Virus record (IMG/VR): IMGVR_UViG_3300025407_001511
Direction: 5' to 3' (one strand)
Origin: a virus
DNA length: 15,349 nucleotides
Position 1 is the first letter of the stretch. Every line of letters starts with the position of its first letter. The notes beneath the pieces are model-generated. The model was not told where the DNA came from. It ran no database searches and saw nothing but the letters and a program-made list of their open reading frames with translations. Of the stretch, positions 7,015-13,926 are shown in pieces. The translations under genes and the position numbers were made by a program.

Positions 7015-8295
7015 TTAGAACCTAAAGAACTTTTCGAGAACATCAACGGGGAGACCGATAGATGAAGTTCTTGCAGCAGGTGGGTTCGTTGGGTCTTTTG
7101 CCCAAGCTGCTCTAGAAGCAACATCTGCATTGTTTTTAGCTTTGTTGTAGTTCATGCCAGTTCCAGGAGTCGCTATAGCTTTTCCATGTGCTTCTGCTGC
7201 ATCCATGTGTGCGAAGTAAGCTTCTCTGTGATCAGGGTTGTTACCATGGAAAGTATCAGCACCATGAAACTCTGGAGAACCATCGGAGTTTGTTCTTCCT
7301 GTCCATGGAGTGTTACCCTGCAACTTGTTAGCAGCATTGAGGTGATTATCACGCAAAGTTGCATGATAGTTATTGGTATCATCCTTTTGGGAGTCTTTAC
7401 GATCCATGAACATGTGTGCAGCATCATACATACCGGCTTGCTTGGATGCAGTGGCGTGACCAAAACCATCAGTCAGCTCAAGAGGACCACGATCAGCTTC
7501 GCCAGGTGTCATATCGTGTGAACGAGGAATTAAGTTGCTATTTGGTTTAATGTCATACAAGCTTTGACCTTCGCTCTGCTGAGGGGTCTTGTTGTAGAAC
7601 TTGTATTGTGTGTAACCGTTGTAGTAGTCCTTGCTCAAGAGGGCAAGATCCTCGTCCATTGGCTTACCGGCTTGTGCATCGCCGTAGCCTTGGTAGTAAA
7701 GCTCACTGTCGTTAGCTTCTTTGAACATAGCGTAGAAAGCACCAGCGGCACCCATCTTGGCTTCTTCCTTAACGATGTCACGCCCAGCATCAAGGTCGCC
7801 AGCAGTAGGGCCTTCTACTGTTGTAAGGCTCTCACCCGAGAAGTTATTTTCGCCAATGCCGTGGTCATTAGCAGGCTGGTTGCAACCACAATTTGTGCAT
7901 GCAATGCGTGTTCCTGGGAAGTATGTCTTTTCGCAGTGATTACAGAATGGCTCACCATTCTCCATCACGTATGCAATTCTTGCATTCATGCTCATGTTTG
8001 CTCCAATAATTGTTGATAGCGATCCTGGAGATACGCTAGAAAGCCCTTCATTGCTTACAACTGGTGGTTGCCCCTCGAGATCAATTGTATCCTTAGGCTC
8101 ATCGCCCAAAGCAGTCAATCTCGTAGAGTTTTCGTCTTCGTTACCAATGTCTGCAAATCTAAAGTGGCCAACAGTACCGACTTGGCTTTGTCCTGGAAGG
8201 CCAAACCCTGCATCGTCTTCTTCGGTAGCGTCTTCAATGCCTCGTAGCGAAGCATCGTCTCCGTAATTACCGTTATCCTGCGTAGCGTATCTCAT
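7015..8295 (-). CDS. Hypothetical protein, about 426 aa, with an internal zinc ribbon (CNHCEKTYFPGTRIACTNCGC); rich in Gly/Asn/Asp and possibly structural.
   Basis: Long ORF. The first track codon at 8296-8298 is TTG, and the ATG at 8293-8295 is the likely start. No recognisable enzyme motif. Confidence 0.55.
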   Translation of the reverse strand: MRYATQDNGNYGDDASLRGIEDATEEDDAGFGLPGQSQVGTVGHFRFADIGNEDENSTRLTALGDEPKDTIDLEGQPPVVSNEGLSSVSPGSLSTIIGANMSMNARIAYVMENGEPFCNHCEKTYFPGTRIACTNCGCNQPANDHGIGENNFSGESLTTVEGPTAGDLDAGRDIVKEEAKMGAAGAFYAMFKEANDSELYYQGYGDAQAGKPMDEDLALLSKDYYNGYTQYKFYNKTPQQSEGQSLYDIKPNSNLIPRSHDMTPGEADRGPLELTDGFGHATASKQAGMYDAAHMFMDRKDSQKDDTNNYHATLRDNHLNAANKLQGNTPWTGRTNSDGSPEFHGADTFHGNNPDHREAYFAHMDAAEAHGKAIATPGTGMNYNKAKNNADVASRAAWAKDPTNPPAARTSSIGLPVDVLEKFFRF

Positions 8296-8330
8296 CAATG
8301 ACTAGTGCGCCTTGGGGGCTATTTTAACTC

Positions 8331-9410
8331 TTATTCCCAGCTGGTTGGTTTGTCATTGTTAGTTGAATTGAAACGATCTTCATTCAACAAATCAATTAAT
8401 CTATTGCTGCTACCAGTGATTGGTCGAGCTGGCGTTGGGAAGTTAGATATAGTTTGTGGGAAATTAAGCTCAAGGTTAATTCCTGCTCCAGGACCAGATG
8501 ACCCTTTTTCTGGCGTTTGCTTTGTAGGCATTGGTTCTTGACCAGTTTCAAGCTTAGTTTTCTGTTGTGGTGGGTTACTAGTCTCTTGCTCACTCTTAGT
8601 AGAAGTTTCTTCTTCAAGAGAAGGTTCTGGCATAGCTTCTGTTTTATCACCAATTGTTTTAGGAGCTGGCTGCCAAGTTGTGGGAGATGGTTGTGGTGTG
8701 CTAGGAGGAGTCTTTGATGGCTTACCAGGAACAGTGAAAGGTGGAACTGTGATTGGCTTAGTAGGAGCCAATGGGTGAGTCTCGAGAGGCATGATGCTAC
8801 CAACTACGGGGTTAGCAGGGCTTGCAAAGCTCTGTCCACCACCAGAATCTGGCGTATTGTTGATATCATTGCTATTGTCGCCATTTTCATTACCGCTTGA
8901 GTTGCTACTAGGCAAGTTCTTCAATGCATCGCTAAGGCCACCACCTTCTGCACCTGCAGCGGCCTCTCCAGCGCCAGCGACTGCTTCTCCAGCACCAAGA
9001 AGCTCTGGGATAGCAAGAAGAGGACCAGCAGTCACAATTGTGCTTGCTGTGACCATGCGAAGTTCCTTAGCAGCGAACCCCTTACCAGCTTCTGACTGGT
9101 AAACTTGGTTATCTGTCAATGCATAAGGAATAACGTTAACAGTTGCGTGCGCTTTGCGCAGCATTTCTGTTGCAATGCCTTGGTTTCGGTATTCTGGCTC
9201 GACGTAAACACCATCCATGATGTAGTTGCCACTAGCTTGCTTTTCAGCAGTGAAATAACCGATTCTTTCGTCTCCAACCATTGCTTCAACAAGAAGACCA
9301 GAGAACGTGCCACCAGTCTTGTATTGCATTGGGCCAACGTTAGCAACAATTCGAACCTTGTCACCTTGTTCTTCAAGGATCTCATTAAGTCTTGGTGGGA
9401 TAGTAGCCAT
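8331..9410 (-). CDS. GNAT-family N-acetyltransferase-like N-terminal domain fused to a long Gly/Ala-, Ser/Asn- and Pro/Thr-rich low-complexity C-terminal region.
   Basis: 359 aa. GNAT motif A is VYVEPEYRNQGIATEMLRKA (R-x-x-G-x-A acetyl-CoA pyrophosphate loop). Residues about 130-359 are low-complexity (AGAGEAAAGAEGGG..., PPSTPQPSPTTWQPAPK...). The ATG at 9408-9410 overlaps the upstream stop (TAATG). Confidence 0.5.
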   Translation of the reverse strand: MATIPPRLNEILEEQGDKVRIVANVGPMQYKTGGTFSGLLVEAMVGDERIGYFTAEKQASGNYIMDGVYVEPEYRNQGIATEMLRKAHATVNVIPYALTDNQVYQSEAGKGFAAKELRMVTASTIVTAGPLLAIPELLGAGEAVAGAGEAAAGAEGGGLSDALKNLPSSNSSGNENGDNSNDINNTPDSGGGQSFASPANPVVGSIMPLETHPLAPTKPITVPPFTVPGKPSKTPPSTPQPSPTTWQPAPKTIGDKTEAMPEPSLEEETSTKSEQETSNPPQQKTKLETGQEPMPTKQTPEKGSSGPGAGINLELNFPQTISNFPTPARPITGSSNRLIDLLNEDRFNSTNNDKPTSWE

Positions 9411-10138
9411 TATAGTTTTCCTAGGTCAGTAGTGAGGTCTTCAAGGCGCATATCGCCATATTGACCCTTTTCAACAATCTCTGGAGTGATGAGAGCCCAG
9501 CTCTCTTCCATGTAGCTTTGCAGCCATCTCCACGTTACCTTCTGCACTTTACCCCAGGTAATACATTCAGCGTAGTCCTTGTCGTAACCTACGAGGATGA
9601 CACAGTGGCCACCTTCGATCTGATTGTCAGCAGGAGTGCCTGTAAGGTCCCATGGCTGGTTGTCAAGGAATTGCTGCTGGAAGGTGACTGGGAGCTTTAC
9701 ACCAATGTATACAAGCCCATATGAGGCAATTACGCTACGGAGCTCATCAAGGTCAGCATGGTCAGTAGGGGCGAACGCAGCAAGCTTTGTGTTGAACAAG
9801 CCGTTGGTCTGCCAGTACTTTAGTAGGTCCGCCTCGACCGCTCCAGCATCTTGTCCATTCGTATAATTGAGATAACTTTGCTCGACTTCGGTGTCAGAAG
9901 GGAATCCTTCTGTAAGTTGTAAGAAAGCAGCGTTAGCCATTCTGGCGTGAACAATACCAGCAAAAGTACAATCCCCATATTTATCATTTCCTAACATTCC
10001 CCAATTATCTACGTTTGGCACTGCTACGCTCTCTGGTGCAGCTGGCAACGGGTTGCCCTGATAGAAAGCAAGCATGTGCAACCCAGCAGGGCGCTTAGGA
10101 TCTAGCTTACCTAATTTACCAACAATACGATCAGTCAT
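9410..10138 (-). CDS. Papain-like (clan CA, C1-like) cysteine peptidase.
   Basis: Track ORF 9410..10165 has an in-frame ATG at 10136-10138, 2 nt after the upstream stop (MTDRIVGKL...). The Cys motif is NDKYGDCTFAGIVHA (papain QGSCGSCWAF-like, with an Asn 6 residues before the Cys). The His motif is GGHCVILVGYD (papain HAVAAVGY-like), about 131 residues after the Cys as in papain. A Trp sits 17 residues after the His (ITWG, like papain NSWG). Confidence 0.5.
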   Translation of the reverse strand: MTDRIVGKLGKLDPKRPAGLHMLAFYQGNPLPAAPESVAVPNVDNWGMLGNDKYGDCTFAGIVHARMANAAFLQLTEGFPSDTEVEQSYLNYTNGQDAGAVEADLLKYWQTNGLFNTKLAAFAPTDHADLDELRSVIASYGLVYIGVKLPVTFQQQFLDNQPWDLTGTPADNQIEGGHCVILVGYDKDYAECITWGKVQKVTWRWLQSYMEESWALITPEIVEKGQYGDMRLEDLTTDLGKL

Positions 10139-10140
10139 TA

Positions 10141-10509
10141 TTATCTCCCATAAACATCTTTCCATTGACTAAAAGTCAAACCAGTTTTGCCTGCAAGGAA
10201 CGAGTGAGTGTTGCAATATGGCCTTGGCACTGAAGAATCAGACCAATGCATGTATTTTGCTTCGTACTTCTTACCTTGGCAGTCGCCATGAGCACATGCA
10301 GCCATACCCTTGCGGTCTACGTAAGGTGCTTTCCTAGTTTTCTTAGGAGGCTCTGGCTGTGGGTTCTCTGCTAAGTACTTCTGCGTGTTCTCGCAATCGG
10401 TAGTGTCTTTGCACCTACCGCTGCTAACGATTGTGTGGGTGCCATCATCTGATGCACCACAGAGCTGACATTGGTCAGGACGAGCAGCGTAACGTTCTGA
10501 CCAAGACAT
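10141..10509 (-). CDS. Cys/His-rich small protein, 122 aa; member C of the N-terminal W-S-x-R-Y-A-A paralog set.
   Basis: Starts MSWSERYAARPDQCQLCG... It contains many Cys/His residues consistent with zinc binding (CQLCG, GRCKDTTDC, CAHGDC, CNTH). The ATG at 10507-10509 overlaps the upstream stop (TAATG). Confidence 0.5.
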   Translation of the reverse strand: MSWSERYAARPDQCQLCGASDDGTHTIVSSGRCKDTTDCENTQKYLAENPQPEPPKKTRKAPYVDRKGMAACAHGDCQGKKYEAKYMHWSDSSVPRPYCNTHSFLAGKTGLTFSQWKDVYGR

Positions 10510-10964
10510 TAGAAGTATTTCTGTCGTTCTGACGGAGTCATCTTGCCTGATTTTGCTACAGCAGCATCGTGGCTCAGCGGTGTTGGGTTGGGGTTATGAC
10601 GTCCATTGACTATTGTTTCTCCAACTGATCTAAGCAAGCTATAGTGATTGGGAATAACATTTTTGTTGAGAGCGTCAATCGCTTCATCATGTGTAGCTAG
10701 CAGTCTGGGCTCTAAAGCTTCTGGGCCACCAAGCCATGGATCATTGCGTGCACGTGCACTAACATATAAACTGATATTGTGACCCTGGGTATAGGCATGC
10801 ATCATTTCGTCTTCGGTAATACCGTGTCGCCTAGCATCATCAACATGCTTCTTTTGAATAAGCTTGGGGTTGCCTGAGTTGGCGTGATCAATCAGCTTCT
10901 CAAAGTAGTGTGGATCACCATAACCAAAGGTATCTTCAGCTGCGTATCTTCTTTTCCAATTCAT
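10509..10964 (-). CDS. Hypothetical protein, 151 aa from the ATG at 10962-10964; member B of the N-terminal N-W-K-R-R-Y-A-A-E paralog set.
   Basis: Track ORF 10509..10985 begins at a non-coupled upstream codon. The ATG at 10962-10964 (MNWKRRYAAEDTFGY...) overlaps the stop of gene A as TAATG. The body is unrelated to A and C and is His-rich (RRHGITEDEMMHAYTQGH). Confidence 0.5.
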   Translation of the reverse strand: MNWKRRYAAEDTFGYGDPHYFEKLIDHANSGNPKLIQKKHVDDARRHGITEDEMMHAYTQGHNISLYVSARARNDPWLGGPEALEPRLLATHDEAIDALNKNVIPNHYSLLRSVGETIVNGRHNPNPTPLSHDAAVAKSGKMTPSERQKYF

Positions 10965-11155
10965 TAATCTTCTCCAAGGATCCAATCGGCTACTTCTTTA
11001 CTGCGTGAGTGTTCTTGTCCAATAGATGGCCCTTCTTGTCTACTCAGTTCAGAAATAATGTGTTTTTCTGCTTCAGTAGTGTTAGGGCATTGCAGTTTAG
11101 GCCAGCCATGGCATGAACAGCTTTCTGCTGCGTATCTTTTAGACCAATTACTCAT
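10964..11155 (-). CDS. Small protein, 63 aa; member A of the paralog set (MSNWSKRYAAESCSCHGW...).
   Basis: The ATG at 11153-11155 overlaps the HNH gene stop (ATGA). It shares its first 11 residues with B and C, and about 15 of 17 nt with B at the DNA level (AGATACGCAGC). Confidence 0.5.
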   Translation of the reverse strand: MSNWSKRYAAESCSCHGWPKLQCPNTTEAEKHIISELSRQEGPSIGQEHSRSKEVADWILGED

Positions 11156-11574
11156 TTGATGAGTCCTCTCACGTATTTTGCTGCCTCAAAGTCACTGTAA
11201 GCTGTGACGTGTTTGCCACCATGACCTCTGTGGTGGAAAAGGCATAGCCATTCCAGGTTTGTTGCGCTCTCTACCCATGCACCAACGGTGTCTGGGTCGC
11301 TAACGCCGGGGTAATCGACTTCGAGCCACTTAAGATCGACGCCATTCTGCAATGAGAACTCAATATGAGTGTGGTGAAGCTCCAAAGGGTGCTCAGAGTC
11401 GCACTCACTGAAGTCATTGCGGTGTTCACCGATAGCACATTTAGCTGTTGCCTTCGTTTTCTCACGGAAATGGTGAAAATCGACGTAATGTGGGTCATCT
11501 TCACGCTCTGGGTGAGGTGGATAGTGAACGGTGTAATGATGAGTGATGTTCTGGTCGTGTTCTTCGACGGTCAT
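11152..11574 (-). CDS. HNH-family endonuclease-like protein.
   Basis: 140 aa. Carries LELHHTHIEFSLQNG...NLEWLCLFHHRGHGG, matching the HNH core (HH...N...N-L-x-x-L-C-x-x-H-H), with upstream Cys (KCAIGEH...SECDSEH) for a zinc site. The ATG at 11572-11574 overlaps the upstream stop (TAATG). Confidence 0.5.
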   Translation of the reverse strand: MTVEEHDQNITHHYTVHYPPHPEREDDPHYVDFHHFREKTKATAKCAIGEHRNDFSECDSEHPLELHHTHIEFSLQNGVDLKWLEVDYPGVSDPDTVGAWVESATNLEWLCLFHHRGHGGKHVTAYSDFEAAKYVRGLIK

Positions 11575-11966
11575 TAGTCTTTTTCCCTTCTATCTTGCTG
11601 AAGGTAGTCAATAACTTCGTCTAAACTGCCAAAAACGCGTATATCATCTTCATATTCGTCGTTATCTAGGTCAAAATCGTCTTCATCTGACGAAAAAAGC
11701 TCTTCCATGATCATCTGGAAAGCAGAAAAGGTGATTTCTCTTGAATATTCTACAAAAACACCGTCATGCTGACAGTATTCACTTACGTTAATACGATAAG
11801 TGTGGTCTTCATCGTCATCTTTTGGCTTATCGATGGAGAAATCATCTGAAAGAGAGGAAATCTGGGCAATACTCTCCTTAAACCGGGAGACATATGCACT
11901 TTTCTCTGTAGTATCACTGTACTTTGCTATGTTCTTGCAAGTTTCACAGTCACAGTTGTTTGACAT
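11574..11966 (-). CDS. Acidic hypothetical protein, 130 aa, with Asp/Glu-rich tracts and an N-terminal CDCETC.
   Basis: ATG at 11964-11966 with AAGGAAA 5 nt upstream. It is preceded by a strong promoter-like element. It is the first gene of the coupled operon that runs down to the papain-like peptidase. Confidence 0.5.
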   Translation of the reverse strand: MSNNCDCETCKNIAKYSDTTEKSAYVSRFKESIAQISSLSDDFSIDKPKDDDEDHTYRINVSEYCQHDGVFVEYSREITFSAFQMIMEELFSSDEDDFDLDNDEYEDDIRVFGSLDEVIDYLQQDRREKD

Positions 11967-12023
11967 GTTTTCCTTAGTTATATATATAAGAGGATTTTTT
12001 AAATTTTGTCAATAGATTTTAAG
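11959..12023. promoter_or_regulatory. Face-to-face sigma70-like promoters sharing a TATATATA -10 region. The minus-strand one is TTGACA(12012-12007)-N18-TATATA. The plus-strand one is TTGACA(11960-11965)-N17-TATATA(11983-11988).
   Basis: AT-rich 72-nt intergenic gap. Both -35 hexamers match consensus perfectly. The minus-strand promoter would drive the operon beginning with 11574-11966. The plus-strand promoter would run antisense into gene 12039-13154. Confidence 0.35.
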
Positions 12024-12038
12024 ATAAAACTTTAAAAT

Positions 12039-13154
12039 TTATTCGCCAGAGTAGCTATCATCAGCGTGAACAGCTCTATTTATAGCTGTTGAAGGACTGT
12101 AAAGGTGAGAAACACCCTCTCCACCTCTCGCACGATGACGTACTCTTGGTGCAACTACAGCTGCATGGTTGTCTTCGTCCTGTCTAAAGTTGACATGGTG
12201 GTTGATAATGGTCTGTTCAGCCTTCGTACCATACAAAACACGGTGGTGTGAACGTCTTCCGACCTTACCAAACTCTCCAGCTTCCTTAGAAACGGGGAAA
12301 CCAGCGAAATAAGCGGCTCTAATCTTGGGATCTTGAGTTCTTTTGGCTGCTTCTTCGTGGTGTTGCATGTCCCAAAGCTGGTTTGTGGGGTGAGTACTGT
12401 CATTTACAACGCAGTATGGGCAGAAACACTTAACAAAACGGGCAGTTTTACCCTGATCGATGACATTTTGCTCAACAGGATCGATAGCATCGTGCGTATT
12501 GCACATGTTATTGATGGTGTGGTTGAATGCGTGGTGCACTGCAAGGTCACCATGGGTGTGATCACTGACAGTTTTCATGGCATCTCGGTAGAACTTAGGG
12601 TCCTTGATGCCATTACGCTTACCCTCGTTGAATGCCATGATCGTTTCAATGTGCGATTGGCCCAAAGCTGAGAGTGGGTGGACCATCAAACGCTCACCAG
12701 TCTTTGCATTCACGTGTTCACCGGCACGGAAAGCACGATCATCCAGGTGGCCCTCTTCGCTGGGAGCAATCATCATAGTAGGTTGATGGATACCCTGCTC
12801 GAGCTTGTAAGGCTTACCAGTGGTCTTGTTGCGAACAGCAACGGTCATGTAGTCACTTGCGGTTTTAACGTTGGCAAGCTGCGAGTGAGCGCGACTGTGA
12901 TACCAGTCGCCCTTTTTGCTTTGCTTCAAGCCAAACAAACGCACTGCGTCAGGATTGGGCTCTTCGCCCTCACCAAGGCTACCTATGTAGTGATTAGCGG
13001 CTTTCTCAGCAGCATGAGGCACATGATAGTACTCAGGGTCTTCCTTGTGGGTGGCGTAGCCAGTACCCTCTTGGAAGATAAGCGTCATAGCGTTGGCAGG
13101 TCCGCCAGTCTTGAATTGCTTATCGTGTTTTGCAGCTTCTCTGCTGTTGAACAT
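12039..13154 (-). CDS. Hypothetical His-rich protein, 371 aa.
   Basis: Long ORF. ATG at 13152-13154 with AGGAG 8 nt upstream. Contains many His plus a CFCPYC motif. No confident family assignment from motifs alone. Confidence 0.55.
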   Translation of the reverse strand: MFNSREAAKHDKQFKTGGPANAMTLIFQEGTGYATHKEDPEYYHVPHAAEKAANHYIGSLGEGEEPNPDAVRLFGLKQSKKGDWYHSRAHSQLANVKTASDYMTVAVRNKTTGKPYKLEQGIHQPTMMIAPSEEGHLDDRAFRAGEHVNAKTGERLMVHPLSALGQSHIETIMAFNEGKRNGIKDPKFYRDAMKTVSDHTHGDLAVHHAFNHTINNMCNTHDAIDPVEQNVIDQGKTARFVKCFCPYCVVNDSTHPTNQLWDMQHHEEAAKRTQDPKIRAAYFAGFPVSKEAGEFGKVGRRSHHRVLYGTKAEQTIINHHVNFRQDEDNHAAVVAPRVRHRARGGEGVSHLYSPSTAINRAVHADDSYSGE

Positions 13155-13260
13155 AAGTTGTACTCCTAGTTAAGTTAAAACAGGCACCGCGCGTCACCGG
13201 CCCTAGACCCGATTCCGAATTTTCTTTTACCCTTATGTTATAAGGGGTTTAGACTCTTAG

Positions 13261-13926
13261 TTAGCAACCACCACGGCAAATCCATCCAGTACCGTATTCT
13301 TGACTTGGGTCCCAAACAATGTCTTGGGTGTTTCCACAGTTGTAGCAGTAGCGAGAATTGCCTGGGATGTGCCCATCCATAGGCTTATTTTCCCCCATTG
13401 AGTTATCGTTGGCGTAACGCTCAGCGAAAGAAGCACTCTTAGGCTTAAGTGGTGGCACATCGCGAACGTGCTTGTAGACTTGTGGGTCGTACTTAGTGTC
13501 TGGGTCTTGCATCATTTTCACTCTTGAATTAAGAGGAACGTTAGGATTTGTTACTTCTTTGCTAATGTTTGTCTGAGGAGCCTTGCTCTTTGTGCTTGTC
13601 TGCTCTGTGGGGAAATGCTTTTCCATAAGATCACTATAGTGTTCCACAAGGCTCTTTTGGTTAACGCCTGGTTGTGTGCGCTTCAGTACTTCTTGGTGCA
13701 TCTCATTAATTTTGCCAACGCCTTGCTGGAACTTCCCAATGCTGTCCATAACGTCATTGTGGTTATTACGGACTTCATCAACCATTCTTGCATTAGGGAC
13801 GTTAGGCTTGTTCTTTTCGTATTCATCACGCGTTTGGTATCTATTCTCAGCGATTCTAATCGCCGCCATTTTTGCATTGCCAAGTGAGTTCTGGTAGCTC
13901 TTTGACCAGTCGTTGAATTGTGCCAT
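13261..13926 (-). CDS. Hypothetical protein, 221 aa, with a C-terminal zinc ribbon (CYNCGN...WICRGGC) and an N-terminal NDWSKSY motif related to the A/B/C paralog leader.
   Basis: ATG at 13924-13926 with AAAGGG upstream. It is the first gene of the minus-strand block next to the divergent junction. Confidence 0.5.
   Translation of the reverse strand: MAQFNDWSKSYQNSLGNAKMAAIRIAENRYQTRDEYEKNKPNVPNARMVDEVRNNHNDVMDSIGKFQQGVGKINEMHQEVLKRTQPGVNQKSLVEHYSDLMEKHFPTEQTSTKSKAPQTNISKEVTNPNVPLNSRVKMMQDPDTKYDPQVYKHVRDVPPLKPKSASFAERYANDNSMGENKPMDGHIPGNSRYCYNCGNTQDIVWDPSQEYGTGWICRGGC

Noticed and set aside
7564-8016. Plus-strand 150-aa ORF, along with other plus-strand ORFs at 744-962, 1718-1930, 2189-2704, 3142-3369, 5667-6078, 7186-7521, 8791-9866 and 11365-12015.
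   Set aside because: All lie antisense inside long coupled minus-strand genes. They have no ribosome-binding sites, and their Cys/Leu/Val-rich translations are typical of spurious frames.
8396-8803. Minus-strand 135-aa ORF in an alternative frame inside the GNAT-tail gene, and the similar alternative-frame ORFs at 5831-6244, 3917-4126, 11271-11504, 12155-12403 and 13683-13883.
   Set aside because: These are alternative-frame readings of the low-complexity region. The main frame has the GNAT motif and a coupled start.
13221-13250. Hairpin CCCTTAT-gtt-ATAAGGG between genes 12039-13154 and 13261-13926, considered as a possible intrinsic terminator.
   Set aside because: On the transcribed (minus) strand it is followed by an A-rich run, not a U-rich run. 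On the plus strand there is no gene to terminate. At most it is an RNA stability element.
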